From contig JBBQFN010000006.1 of the NCBI GenBank assembly GCA_038321985.1, positions 157,332 to 221,331 on the forward strand: a stretch of 64,000 bases of DNA, read 5' to 3'. This document shows positions 30,659-40,838 of this stretch, one piece after another. A program made the translations under genes and the position numbers. The notes beneath the pieces were generated by a model that saw only the letters and a list, made by a program, of their open reading frames with translations, made no database searches and was not told where the DNA came from. Numbering within the stretch: the first letter of the stretch is position 1; every line of letters starts with the position of its first letter. This DNA is from Cyanophyceae cyanobacterium (lineage in GTDB: Bacteria > Cyanobacteriota > Cyanobacteriia > Cyanobacteriales > Laspinemataceae).

Positions 30659-32590
30659 TCATGAATTTTGCTGACCCAAGGTCTGGAAAAAGTGAATAGC
30701 GCCGCCGAATTCGGTGCGGGTGGCGACTGCTAAATTCAGGCTACTCGGTGGCATCTGGGTTCCGGCATTAAAGGCGGCAGCGAGGGCAACCGGGGACCCG
30801 GGACCTTGAACGGAAGCCACGGGTTCTAACTCGTCATTAAACCAGAGAATTTGACCCTCTTCGTCTGCGATCGCCCCACCCCCCGGGACTGGGGACAAAC
30901 AAACCGGCAGGCGTTCTAAGGGCAGGCGACGGACTCCCAGGGGCCAGAGTTGAATTTGCCAAAGGGCGGGTCGCGGGTGACGGGTGATTCCCGCTAGGGT
31001 GTAGGGTTGATCCGTTAAAATCAACGGGTCCAAAATGCCTTGAAACGACTCCGAACCGACTGGGGTACCGCGACGGGTATAAATCTGGAAGAGGGTCCGC
31101 CCCTGGTGTGGAGTGCGATCGTACCGGATCGCCAGCAGATGCCTAGAGTCTAGAAAGATAATTTGGGGTAACTCGGGTCCTAGAATTTGGCACTGATGGT
31201 CCGGTGCCTTAAACCCGGTTTCAGAAAGGGTGGCGAGGGAATAAAAGTTGAGTTGTCCAGGAACAACCACTGCTAACCAGCGGCACTGAGGGTCAATGGC
31301 AATCTGAAATTCTCCATCATGGGTAAGCTGGTGCTGGGGGTGACTCCGAGTGAGGGGTAGCCAATACAGCCGTCGCCGATCGCTCACCCAACAGCCCCCA
31401 GTTACGGACAATAAATGGGTGATGCGATCGGGAAAATCCACCACCTGCGGGGGGAGTGCCACTTTATGCCAGACTCTCACTTGGTTGGCATTGGCAGCGT
31501 AGAGATAGCCATCCTTAGAGACTAAAGCTGTGGTGGGGACCGGCAGGGGAATGCGGGAATGCTGGGTTGTGAGGAGTTTCGGCATTCCTGCCGATGGAGC
31601 CTCCAGAAACGGTAACGGGCGATCGCTCAACAGTCGCACCCCCGGTTCCGTCATCGCCTCCTGAATCGCCTTAGCCATTTGCGCCGCACTAGCGTATCGA
31701 CGCGCCGGGAGCTTTTCTAAGGCTTTTTCGATGATTGAACGCAAGGGTAAAGGCACTCGTTCTGGAGTTTGTAAGCGCTGATTCAAATGCGCCCACATCA
31801 GGTCCCCGGGTTTTCCCGAAAAGGGTCGATATCCCAGCAGCAGTTCAAACAGCAAAATCCCCATTGAGTAAATATCGGCACCCTGAGAGTACAACCCATA
31901 AAATCCTTCCGGTGCAGCATACGCCGTCGCCCCAACGGCTTGGAGTTCATCATTTCCCCCTCGGCGACTGTCCAAATGTTCGCCGAAACGCCGCGCTATC
32001 CCAAAATCTGACAATCGGGCAAACCAGGAGCCATTTCTAACACTCAACAGGATATTTTCCGGTTTGATATCGCAGTGAATAATCCCGGCACGATGAGCCG
32101 ATTCCAACCCCGCCAGAATTCCCAGCATCAATTGCATCCCTTCCCCTAAACTCAGAGAAGGATTCGCTTCGAGGAGTTCACGCATTGTTGCCCCTTCACA
32201 GTAGTCCATCACCAGATATCGGGCCGTTGAAGTTTGTTCTAAGGAACGACAAGTCACGATATGCGGGTGTTGTAAGGTTAGCAAGGACAACAGTTCTCGC
32301 AAAAATTTATGAGTGGGTAGACGGAGGTGAGTTAGTTCCTTGAGGGCCACCAATTGACCCGTCTTCCGCTCGATCGCACAAAAGACTTTACCAAATTGTC
32401 CCTGTCCCACTAATGCTAAAACTCGGTATTTGGGCAGTTGCTGTTGGAGTCGGCGCAACTCGGAGGGGGATGCATAAACCCCCGAGGGACGGCTTCCTTG
32501 CAGATAGCCACGATTTAGCCCATCATCGGATCTATTAGTGAGGTCCATCCTCTCTCCCTTGTTGGTCATGCGATCGCAGTTTCGTCTCAT
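30659..32590 (-). CDS. Hanks-type Ser/Thr kinase (SpkG-like) with a beta-rich C-terminal domain
   Basis: GQGQFGKV, VALKEL, HCDIKPEN, DFG, AYAAPE, DIYSMG. True start may be a downstream Met. Confidence 0.88.
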   Translation of the reverse strand: MRRNCDRMTNKGERMDLTNRSDDGLNRGYLQGSRPSGVYASPSELRRLQQQLPKYRVLALVGQGQFGKVFCAIERKTGQLVALKELTHLRLPTHKFLRELLSLLTLQHPHIVTCRSLEQTSTARYLVMDYCEGATMRELLEANPSLSLGEGMQLMLGILAGLESAHRAGIIHCDIKPENILLSVRNGSWFARLSDFGIARRFGEHLDSRRGGNDELQAVGATAYAAPEGFYGLYSQGADIYSMGILLFELLLGYRPFSGKPGDLMWAHLNQRLQTPERVPLPLRSIIEKALEKLPARRYASAAQMAKAIQEAMTEPGVRLLSDRPLPFLEAPSAGMPKLLTTQHSRIPLPVPTTALVSKDGYLYAANANQVRVWHKVALPPQVVDFPDRITHLLSVTGGCWVSDRRRLYWLPLTRSHPQHQLTHDGEFQIAIDPQCRWLAVVVPGQLNFYSLATLSETGFKAPDHQCQILGPELPQIIFLDSRHLLAIRYDRTPHQGRTLFQIYTRRGTPVGSESFQGILDPLILTDQPYTLAGITRHPRPALWQIQLWPLGVRRLPLERLPVCLSPVPGGGAIADEEGQILWFNDELEPVASVQGPGSPVALAAAFNAGTQMPPSSLNLAVATRTEFGGAIHFFQTLGQQNS

Positions 32591-32895
32591 GAGTTATCCA
32601 GACTCGCCTGGCTGATTGCCCCTTTCCTATCCTAAATCCCTTTTCCAGCAAATGACGGGTTCCCCTACTGCCCTGGGATCTCCCCACATCCGAGCCAATG
32701 TCACAATAATTAAGATTAAGCCAGGGTTGAGGCTGTGTGGAAATTTTATTAGATCTGGATCAGCATAATTACCTTGGATTGTCAAGGATCAATATCAAGG
32801 GAGGCCCGTCCCATTGCAAGTTATCCTCGGAATCGAAACGGGATCTACTTGACTCCTGATTAACCTTATCCCCCCCAACAAATCACCCCCTTAAG

Positions 32896-33378
32896 ATGGT
32901 CAAAACTGTTCGTTTAGAACCAATCGCCCAAGATACCGAAGTTCAGACCAATGCAAACATTCTCTCGGCCCTACTCGCTGAAGATCTCCACGTTCTCAAA
33001 GAATGTGGAGGGCGGGGTTTGTGTGCCACCTGCCACGTTTTTATTAAACAAGGCATGGAGAGTGTCTCGCCGATGGGACGTCGAGAACAACGTACCCTAG
33101 AGGTGATTACCACGGCCCGGACCAACTCTCGCCTCGCCTGTCAGTCGCGAATCCTCGGGGAAGGGGTGGTAGTTGAGGTCCCTACGGGGATGTATCTGGA
33201 TTCTATTGAAGATATCGAGTCTTTAATTGGGAGGCGCACGGAACAAGATCTATTACACCCCATCACGGGTCAAGTCGTGGTGGAATCGGGTAAGTTAATT
33301 ACGCGATCGGTTATTACCGAACTTAAAGATGTTCGCTTACAAGTCGGGCAGTATTTAGCCCGAACTCGCGAAGCCTAA
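32896..33378 (+). CDS. [2Fe-2S] ferredoxin, Fd5 (Slr0148)-like, with C-terminal extension
   Basis: CGGRGLCATCH...SRLACQ; C-terminal IGRR...ESGKLITRS extension. Confidence 0.88.
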   Translation: MVKTVRLEPIAQDTEVQTNANILSALLAEDLHVLKECGGRGLCATCHVFIKQGMESVSPMGRREQRTLEVITTARTNSRLACQSRILGEGVVVEVPTGMYLDSIEDIESLIGRRTEQDLLHPITGQVVVESGKLITRSVITELKDVRLQVGQYLARTREA

Positions 33379-33405
33379 AACAGATTGTTTGCACTGAGTA
33401 AATTG

Positions 33406-33444
33406 CGATAACCGGCGGGAGTTCAAAACCCCGCCGGTTATTGC
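33406..33444. terminator. Hairpin between the convergent ferredoxin and pntB genes
   Basis: GCGATAACCGGCGGG-AGTTCAAAA-CCCCGCCGGTTATTGC. Confidence 0.65.
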
Positions 33445-33514
33445 TTGGTATCGCAATATAGGGTTCCCCCGAGTTATCCAGAGTTAGGAGGTACAGAAAC
33501 TGCTATATCTCCCC

Positions 33515-33545
33515 AAAAAAATAGTCTGCATTATAATGCAGACTA
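33515..33545 (-). terminator. Intrinsic terminator of the pnt operon
   Basis: Perfect 24-bp palindrome TAGTCTGCATTATAATGCAGACTA (33522-33545) followed by a T7 tract on the minus strand. Confidence 0.7.
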
Positions 33546-33574
33546 CTCTCTAAACTCTTGTAAATTCTGACAAC

Positions 33575-34981
33575 TTACAACTGCTTGACTTCCGATACCA
33601 ACTTGTTAATCACTTCTTTTGCGCTACCAAACAGCATCATGGTCTTATCTTTATAAAACAGATCATTGTCAATGCCTGCAAAACCTGTACTCATCCCGCG
33701 TTTAATTACGATGGTATGACTGGCTTTATCTACTTCCAAAATCGGCATTCCGTAAATTGGGCTCCCGGCATTGTCTCGGGCGGCAGGATTCACAACATCG
33801 TTTGCACCAATGACTAAGGCGACATCAGTGCGATCAAATTCGGCATTGATATCTTCCATGTCATACAACTGTTCGTAAGGCACGTTTGCCTCCGCTAGTA
33901 AGACATTCATGTGTCCGGGCATCCGACCCGCGACGGGGTGAATGGCGTATTTCACTTCCACTCCCAGACGGTCTAATTGGTCGGCTAATTCTCGGACGGC
34001 GTGTTGTGCTTGGGCGACGGCCATTCCATATCCGGGAACGATGACTACGGAACGGGCATATCCTAACATCATCGCACTTTCTTCTGAGTCGATGGAGCGC
34101 ACGGTTTTATCCCCCATGTCCCCAGTCACAGCGGCAGTTGCGCCTCCTTCACCACTCCCAAAGGCTGCGAAGAGTACATTGGTAAGCGATCGGTTCATCG
34201 CTTTACACATAATCACCGTAAGGATGATCCCCGAGGCACCGACTAAGGCACCGGCTACGATCAGCATATTATTCATGACCACGAAACCTGCGGCGGAGGC
34301 TGCTAAACCGGAAAACGAGTTTAACAGAGAAATCACCACGGGCATATCCCCACCGCCAATGGGAATCACAAACATCACACCGAGGACCAACGAAACCCCG
34401 GTTAGGGCCAAAAATACCGGGGTATTTAAGGGGTCAATGGCTAAATAAACACTGCCCACGAGGAAACCACCAAACAGCAAGGCGTTAACAGGTTGCTGTA
34501 AGGGAAAGGTAATAGGTCTTCCGGTGACGAGTCCTTGCAGTTTGGCAAAGGCCATCAGAGAACCTGTAAAGGTGATGCCACCGATTAACACGCCGAGTAA
34601 GGCGGTGATGGTGGTATCCAGGGGAGGTCTCTCAAAGGTTTGGTAATAGCGCCAGAATTCGCCGACGGCAATCAGGGCAGAGGCGGCACCCCCAAAGCCG
34701 TTAAATAAGCCGACCATCTGGGGCATGGCGGTCATTTCAACTTTTTGGGCGGAGATGACACCGATCGCCGAACCGATCGCGATCCCGATCAAAATCATCT
34801 CGTAGTTGAGCACTTGGCGATCGAGTAAGGTGGCAACGATCGCCAACAACATCCCCACGGATGCTAATAAATTTCCGTTACGCGCCGTGGCCGGAGAACT
34901 AAGCTGTTTGAGACCGATGAAAAATAAGGATGATGCTACTAAATAGCTTAACTGTATTCCGCTGGGGATTAAGTCGCTCAT
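33575..34981 (-). CDS. pntB: NAD(P) transhydrogenase subunit beta
   Basis: MPQMVG, GGDMPVVISLLNSFSG, VPGYGMAVAQAQ, HPVAGRMPGHMNVLLAEA, GANDVVNPAA. Confidence 0.97.
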   Translation of the reverse strand: MSDLIPSGIQLSYLVASSLFFIGLKQLSSPATARNGNLLASVGMLLAIVATLLDRQVLNYEMILIGIAIGSAIGVISAQKVEMTAMPQMVGLFNGFGGAASALIAVGEFWRYYQTFERPPLDTTITALLGVLIGGITFTGSLMAFAKLQGLVTGRPITFPLQQPVNALLFGGFLVGSVYLAIDPLNTPVFLALTGVSLVLGVMFVIPIGGGDMPVVISLLNSFSGLAASAAGFVVMNNMLIVAGALVGASGIILTVIMCKAMNRSLTNVLFAAFGSGEGGATAAVTGDMGDKTVRSIDSEESAMMLGYARSVVIVPGYGMAVAQAQHAVRELADQLDRLGVEVKYAIHPVAGRMPGHMNVLLAEANVPYEQLYDMEDINAEFDRTDVALVIGANDVVNPAARDNAGSPIYGMPILEVDKASHTIVIKRGMSTGFAGIDNDLFYKDKTMMLFGSAKEVINKLVSEVKQL

Positions 34982-35271
34982 GCTTTCACCTCTTTTTTCT
35001 TGAACATTTGCAACATTCGATCGGTCACGAGAAACCCACCGACTACGTTAATGGTGGAAAAGACCACGGCAATTAATCCTAAAATGACTGTGACACTCCA
35101 ATCCCGGTCTCCCGCGATGATGATTGCTCCTAAAAGAGCAATCCCCGAGATGGCATTCGCCCCGGACATTAAGGGAGTATGCAAGGTCGGTGGCACTTTG
35201 TTAATGACTTCAAATCCAGCAAATGAAGCCAGAACAAACACGAATAAAGCAGAAATGACGGCTTCGGACAT
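34978..35271 (-). CDS. pntA: NAD(P) transhydrogenase subunit alpha part 2 (membrane)
   Basis: VPPTLHTPLMSGANAISG, NVVGGFLVTDRMLQMF. Confidence 0.95.
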   Translation of the reverse strand: MSEAVISALFVFVLASFAGFEVINKVPPTLHTPLMSGANAISGIALLGAIIIAGDRDWSVTVILGLIAVVFSTINVVGGFLVTDRMLQMFKKKEVKA

Positions 35272-35345
35272 CTTAAATTCAATACTCCGGTTTATGGATT
35301 ATGGGAGAAATATAGGGTTATTCGGTGGAGTGAAATACAGCTTGA

Positions 35346-35399
35346 AGGAGTGCGAGCATCTTACTCGCTACCGTTAGCGAGCAAGATGCTCGCACTCCT
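35346..35399. repeat. 25-bp-stem inverted repeat inside the pnt operon
   Basis: AGGAGTGCGAGCATCTTACTCGCTA-CCGT-TAGCGAGCAAGATGCTCGCACTCCT (one mismatch). Confidence 0.9.
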
Positions 35400-35461
35400 A
35401 AATTCCTAATTCAAATCCCTCCCTGACTCACCTGCAAACCACTCTTTCGCCGTAGCGGAAA

Positions 35462-36607
35462 TTACACTTTTCCTCCGACTACTTCTAAGGCTTCCCGCAC
35501 CCGGGAATTGCGAATTTCGTGGCCGTGGGTAACGCAGGTGTTGCCGATAATTTCATCGGAAAAATCTAAATTCAGGGCGTCGTCTTTGATCATGTACTGC
35601 ACGAATGTGGAGATATTTTTCGAGTACATTTGGGACGCGTGGATGGGCATGGAAGCGGGTAAGTTAATCGGCCCTACAATGGTGACGCCATTGCGAACGA
35701 TGTCTTTGCCCGCTTCGGTGTAGGCGCAGTTCCCGCCTTGTTCTGCAGCTAAGTCCACGATCGCCGACCCGGGTTTCATCCGCGCAAACATTTCTTCGGT
35801 AATCAGTCTGGGGGCTTTTCTGCCGGGAACTTGCGCGGTTGTAATCACGATATCGGCAGCGGCAACGGTATCGGAAAGCACTTCCTGGGTGCGGCGCTTG
35901 GATTCTTCGGAAATTTCGCGGGCGTATCCCCCTTCAGCAACGGTTTCTTCGTCGAGTTTGACCTCTACAAATTTGGCCCCGAGGCTTTGAACTTCTTCTT
36001 TGACGGCGGGGCGAATGTCGAAGGCTTCAACCACGGCACCGAGACGACGGGCGGTGGCGATCGCCTGCAATCCCGCTACCCCTGCACCCATTACTAACAC
36101 TTTTGCGGGTCGAATCGTGCCGGCTGCGGTGGTCAACATGGGGAAGAATTTTGGGGCGGTAGCTGCTGCTAGTAGTACGGCTTTATATCCAGCGATCGCA
36201 GCCTGGGAAGAGAGGGCATCCATGCTCTGGGCTTTGGTGGTGCGCGGGATCATTTCCATGCTAAAGGCAGTGACTCCTCGTTTGGCGAGGCGATCGATAA
36301 TGATCGGATTTCCCAGGGGGTTAAGAAAGCTGACGATCGCACTGCCTTCGCGTAACTTATGAATTTCTTCTTCCCTAGGGGGTGAAACTTTCAGTAATAA
36401 GTCGGCTTCACCCCAAAGTTGATCACTATCGGCCACAATCTTAGCGCCCGCGGCTTCGTAAGCCTCATCGTAAAAGAAGGATTGCTCTCCGGCTCCCGCT
36501 TCAATGAAAATTTCTAATCCGGCTTTCACTAAACGCGCCACCATGTCTGGGATTAAGGCAACGCGACGTTCTCCCACTTCGATTTCTTTGGCTACGGCTA
36601 TTTTCAT
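35462..36607 (-). CDS. pntA: NAD(P) transhydrogenase subunit alpha part 1 (soluble dI)
   Basis: KEIEVGERRVALIP, QSMDALSSQ, GAGVAGLQAIATARRLGA, DLAAEQGGNC. Confidence 0.96.
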   Translation of the reverse strand: MKIAVAKEIEVGERRVALIPDMVARLVKAGLEIFIEAGAGEQSFFYDEAYEAAGAKIVADSDQLWGEADLLLKVSPPREEEIHKLREGSAIVSFLNPLGNPIIIDRLAKRGVTAFSMEMIPRTTKAQSMDALSSQAAIAGYKAVLLAAATAPKFFPMLTTAAGTIRPAKVLVMGAGVAGLQAIATARRLGAVVEAFDIRPAVKEEVQSLGAKFVEVKLDEETVAEGGYAREISEESKRRTQEVLSDTVAAADIVITTAQVPGRKAPRLITEEMFARMKPGSAIVDLAAEQGGNCAYTEAGKDIVRNGVTIVGPINLPASMPIHASQMYSKNISTFVQYMIKDDALNLDFSDEIIGNTCVTHGHEIRNSRVREALEVVGGKV

Positions 36608-37390
36608 GGTTTCTCCTTTTGGTTACACCGATCGCAATTATGAGGGGGACTTAACAGGGCAAGGGGTAGCCTCTCCTCGGGGTTGACTGATGGCTCCCTG
36701 GGCTTTTTCTGCTCAATTGTATTGAGTTTACCGATTTTTGTTGGGGGTGGCTGCTCCCCCTGGGGTGCTGATTTCTTTCAGGAATAATAGAGGCATCCGT
36801 TGTACTTTCTCGATTTTAGGGAGTGCGATGAAATTTTAGGAACCATGACGTCACCCAACCGATTGCTTATAGACCTGGGTTGAGCTTTTGCCGTTTTGCA
36901 TCGTATTCGATCCCCACGCACTTGTCCATTTTTTATCTGTTCTGGGTAAATTTATCAGGGAAACCTGAAGCGTTCACCAGCCTAGGATCGGCTCACTGCG
37001 ATCGCAATGGACCGGGCTGCTTCGAGATGAGTTTAGATGGGTCATCCCTACTCTGTCAAGCGGGTGAATGCTTGACCTTTGCCATCGATATTAGCGTTTT
37101 TTTTCGCTCCTGTTCGGCTCAATTCCCCTTTATCTCGGAGTTTTAATATAAATTCAGATAACTTTATCTTTGTTTGCTGACAAATCTGTAGAAAAACTTA
37201 GGGTTAGGAGAAAGTATCGGATTAGTTGATGGGGATCACTCTACCTGGCTTGAGCTCCGTCTCTAGAACTTTCCGAGAGTCTGCACCTTATACCATATTT
37301 ATAATAATTTATCAAGCCATTCCCCTCAATTTTCCCTGATTTCCCCAATACTCTGGGGACTCGGTGGCAGCCCAGTAACCAGAGGTCCCA

Positions 37391-37645
37391 TTACCATTTT
37401 AAGAAAGCAGATTCGGGACCTTGTTCGTAGCGAATCTTGGCATCTTTCTCAAACCAAGCAATAATGTCCTCGTGGGTTAGGGACTCCATGGAAACTCCGG
37501 AATCTGTAGCAATATGTTGGAGCAGCTTCAAGGAGGAAATGGTCAAGCGGGTTAAAAACTTCTCGTGAGACGCCAAGAGCGCGCCATCAACGGCATAGGA
37601 CTCTTCTGGGGTTAAAAATTGGGCAGAGGGTTCTGGAGAAATCAT
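37391..37645 (-). CDS. Small hypothetical protein downstream of sufR
   Basis: QFLTPEES-x-x-VD-x-ALL...EKFLTRLTISS...WFEKDAK...AFLKW, recalled as a conserved cyanobacterial family. Probable ATG 37645 (ORF track starts at 37696). Confidence 0.7.
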   Translation of the reverse strand: MISPEPSAQFLTPEESYAVDGALLASHEKFLTRLTISSLKLLQHIATDSGVSMESLTHEDIIAWFEKDAKIRYEQGPESAFLKW

Positions 37646-37759
37646 CAGTTTTTTATTGAGACAAACAGCATAGTATAGATGCCGCAGTTGCGACAACTTC
37701 CTAGGGGATTTTAACCTTTAACGTTGCCAGTTGAGGATTCCAGAGGCGGGAATAGTTAG

Positions 37760-38437
37760 TTAATGAGGCGATCGCACCCGTTCCGGTTGCAGAGTAATTA
37801 AATAGCCACAACGGTGCTCTCCGTCAATCATCCAGTAAGTCCGCTCTACCGTACAATCGGGGAGGATTGCCTCAAACATTTCCAGTTCATATCCACAGAC
37901 GCTCGGAAACGATTCCGCCACCGTGGAAATGGCACAGTTATGTTCGGTGAGCAAAAAGCGATCGCCACAGTCAGAACCCTCCGGTTCTATGGGATGGACA
38001 TCCGCCATATAGCCTTCGGCTTGACGCAGTTGCATCAAACCCGCTACCCGTTCAGATAAAGGCCGATTTCCGAGGCGATCGCGGTATTGCAGGGCCTTCC
38101 GCTCCCACTGCTTCCGCAAAATCGAGGTCAGTTGGTCCTCCCCCATAGTTTCTGCTAAGGTCCCTAACAGGGAAACGGCAAAATCATCATATTGATTGGG
38201 GAAGAAATCTTTGCCCTTGTGGGTGAGTTCATACTGATGCTGGGGCCGTCCCATCCCCGCCTGTACCGCTTTATGGCGAATCAGTGCCTCTGCTTCGAGG
38301 TCCTTGAGATGGCGGCGAATCGCTTGGGGAGAAATATCTAAAACTTCGGCTAACTCCTGAGCCGTGGCTTGACCCTGCTTTAATAAGTATTGCAGGATAT
38401 CTTCTTTAGTGGAAGGTTGCTGGGTACTCGTCATCAT
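37760..38437 (-). CDS. sufR: Fe-S cluster biogenesis transcriptional regulator SufR
   Basis: wHTH with ISPQAIRRHLKDL and GMGRPQH; C-terminal EHNCAI...SVCGYE...HRCGY Cys ligands; divergent from sufB. Probable ATG 38437. Confidence 0.95.
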   Translation of the reverse strand: MMTSTQQPSTKEDILQYLLKQGQATAQELAEVLDISPQAIRRHLKDLEAEALIRHKAVQAGMGRPQHQYELTHKGKDFFPNQYDDFAVSLLGTLAETMGEDQLTSILRKQWERKALQYRDRLGNRPLSERVAGLMQLRQAEGYMADVHPIEPEGSDCGDRFLLTEHNCAISTVAESFPSVCGYELEMFEAILPDCTVERTYWMIDGEHRCGYLITLQPERVRSPH

Positions 38438-38490
38438 CTTGCCTGTAGTCAAACGCCAAAACGCTCGAAAAAATCTATTGCCGACTTTGA

Positions 38491-38544
38491 CAACACACTT
38501 GTTGTTAAAGTATTCTAAAATAGAATTAAGCAACCGGCGCGTTG
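38491..38544. promoter_or_regulatory. Two SufR operator sites CAAC-N6-GTTG
   Basis: CAAC-ACACTT-GTTG (38491-38504) and CAAC-CGGCGC-GTTG (38531-38544), 26 bp apart, matching the known cyanobacterial SufR operator layout. Confidence 0.9.
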
Positions 38545-38797
38545 TTTAACCCTATTATATATAGACGGAGGGCAAGGATGCCCAACCAGGCAAAGAGAAA
38601 GAATCCAAAGGACGGGAGATAAGGGACTGGTGATTGGGAACGATAACAGCAAACCGCCACCCAGTATAGAGGGCGCGGTTGTCAGTTAGAGTTCATCGAT
38701 TGACTCATTCAAGCGGCGATCGCCCGACTCTGAACTTAACCTTCCCCTGAATTGGGGATCCTCTCCCAAAAATTTGCTCGTTATATCAACCTTGATA

Positions 38798-39160
38798 ATG
38801 ACTTTAGAACAGCCTACACAACAAGCCACGGACAAAAATCTAGAAGCCATGCGGCACTTTTCTGAACAGTACGCCCAACGCACCGGCACTTACTTCTGTT
38901 CAGATCTCGGCGTCACTGCCGTAGTCATCGAAGGATTGGCGAAAAATAAGGATGAGTTGGGCGCTCCCCTATGTCCCTGTCGCCACTACGAAGACAAAGA
39001 AGCCGAAGTCAAAGCTACCTTCTGGAATTGTCCCTGCATTCCCATGCGCGAGCGCAAAGAATGTCACTGTATGTTATTTCTGACCGAAGATAATCAATTC
39101 GCCGGCAAAGATCAGAACATCTCGTTCGATCAAATTCGCGAAATGACCAATCAATACTAA
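38798..39160 (+). CDS. ftrC: Ferredoxin-thioredoxin reductase catalytic subunit
   Basis: LCPCRHY, NCPCIPM, ECHCMLF motifs. Probable ATG 38798. Confidence 0.96.
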   Translation: MTLEQPTQQATDKNLEAMRHFSEQYAQRTGTYFCSDLGVTAVVIEGLAKNKDELGAPLCPCRHYEDKEAEVKATFWNCPCIPMRERKECHCMLFLTEDNQFAGKDQNISFDQIREMTNQY

Positions 39161-39289
39161 CGGCTTCCGAACACTTTAAAATCCCTCGGAGCAAAGTCAA
39201 CGGATAAAAATATTCCCACATTTTTACAGTTGACTTTGCTCCATAGCCTGCCCTAGATCCGAACGTAGAGAGAACACACCACCAACACT

Positions 39290-40729
39290 ATGACTGCTAC
39301 TACTGCAAAAACCCTCGTTAATCAACCTTATAAATACGGCTTCGTTACCCAAGTTGAATCCGATACGTTACCCCCCGGAATTAACGAAGATGTCGTGCGC
39401 CTAATTTCGGCCAAAAAAGAAGAGCCCGAGTTCATGCTGGACTTTCGCCTTAAAGCCTTTCGGCAATGGCAAAAAATGGAAGATCCAACTTGGGCGCACG
39501 TCAACTATCCCAAAATTAATTATCAAAATATCATTTACTATTCCGCTCCTAAAAAAAAGCAAACCCTCAATAGTATTGATGAAGTTGACCCCGCCATTCT
39601 CGAAACGTTCGAGAAGCTGGGAATTCCCCTCTCTGAACAAAAGCGCTTGAGTAACGTTGCCGTAGATGCGGTATTCGATAGCGTCTCGATCGCCACCACC
39701 TTTAGAGAAAAGTTAGCGAAAGAAGGGGTCATTTTCTGTTCAATCTCTGAAGCCGTACGGGAATATCCCGAACTGGTGAAACAATACCTCGGTACCGTCG
39801 TTCCGGTGGCGGATAATTACTTTGCTGCCCTCAACTCGGCGGTGTTTAGCGATGGTTCGTTTGTTTATATCCCCAAAGGCGTCAAATGCCCGATGGAACT
39901 GTCTACTTATTTCCGGATTAATAACGGTGACTCGGGGCAGTTTGAGCGCACCTTGATTATTGCCGAAGAAGGTAGCCATGTGTCTTACTTGGAAGGCTGT
40001 ACCGCCCCCATGTTTGATACTAACCAACTCCACGCTGCGGTGGTGGAACTGGTGACGTTGGATAATGCCGAAATTAAATATTCCACAGTCCAAAACTGGT
40101 ACGCTGGGGATGAAAATGGCAAGGGCGGAATTTATAATTTCGTCACCAAGCGCGGGTTATGTAAGGGCAAAAACTCTAAGATTTCTTGGACTCAAGTCGA
40201 AACGGGTTCAGCTATTACTTGGAAATATCCCAGTTGTATGTTAGTCGGGGATAATTCAGTCGGGGAATTTTACTCCGTCGCCCTCACCAATAACAAACAA
40301 CAAGCCGATACCGGCACCAAGATGATCCATATTGGCAAAAATACCCGCAGCACGATTATTTCTAAGGGAATTTCGGCGGGCAATTCTTCCAATAGCTATC
40401 GCGGATTGGTAAAGGTTGCAGCGAAAGCCAAAGGCGCACGGAACTATTCTCAGTGTGACTCGATGCTGATTGGGGACAACGCGCAAGCGAATACTTTCCC
40501 CTATATTCAGGTGGAAAATGATACGGCAAAAGTTGAGCATGAAGCCTCTACTTCTAAGATTGGGGAAGATCAACTCTTCTATTTTGCCCAGCGGGGAATC
40601 TCGCCGGAAGATGCGGTTTCCATGATGATTAGCGGATTCTGCAAAGATGTCTTTAATCAGTTGCCCATGGAATTTGCGGTGGAAGCCGATCGCTTATTGA
40701 GCTTGAAGTTAGAAGGTTCGGTGGGGTAA
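39290..40729 (+). CDS. sufB: Fe-S cluster assembly protein SufB
   Basis: [49 protein letters not shown]. Confidence 0.98.
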   Translation: MTATTAKTLVNQPYKYGFVTQVESDTLPPGINEDVVRLISAKKEEPEFMLDFRLKAFRQWQKMEDPTWAHVNYPKINYQNIIYYSAPKKKQTLNSIDEVDPAILETFEKLGIPLSEQKRLSNVAVDAVFDSVSIATTFREKLAKEGVIFCSISEAVREYPELVKQYLGTVVPVADNYFAALNSAVFSDGSFVYIPKGVKCPMELSTYFRINNGDSGQFERTLIIAEEGSHVSYLEGCTAPMFDTNQLHAAVVELVTLDNAEIKYSTVQNWYAGDENGKGGIYNFVTKRGLCKGKNSKISWTQVETGSAITWKYPSCMLVGDNSVGEFYSVALTNNKQQADTGTKMIHIGKNTRSTIISKGISAGNSSNSYRGLVKVAAKAKGARNYSQCDSMLIGDNAQANTFPYIQVENDTAKVEHEASTSKIGEDQLFYFAQRGISPEDAVSMMISGFCKDVFNQLPMEFAVEADRLLSLKLEGSVG

Positions 40730-40838
40730 TTGGAAGGATGAAGAATGAAGGATGAAAACGGAAAATTCATCCTTTATTCGTTCTTCCTCAAGCGGTTTTC
40801 TTCGCGACTTTTGTTTAATGAAATGTATTGAGGAGCTA

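Noticed and set aside
33942..34448. 168-aa plus-strand ORF, and similar ORFs opposite pntA, the symporter and the acetate-CoA ligase gene
   Set aside because: Antisense shadows of well-supported genes.
36712..36731. NtcA-like site upstream of pntA
   Set aside because: Spacing is GTA-N7-TAC rather than N8; the overlapping 6-bp inverted repeat is too short to call.
38438..38533. N-terminal extension of sufR in the ORF track
   Set aside because: It overlaps the SufR operators and promoter; the real start is likely 38437.
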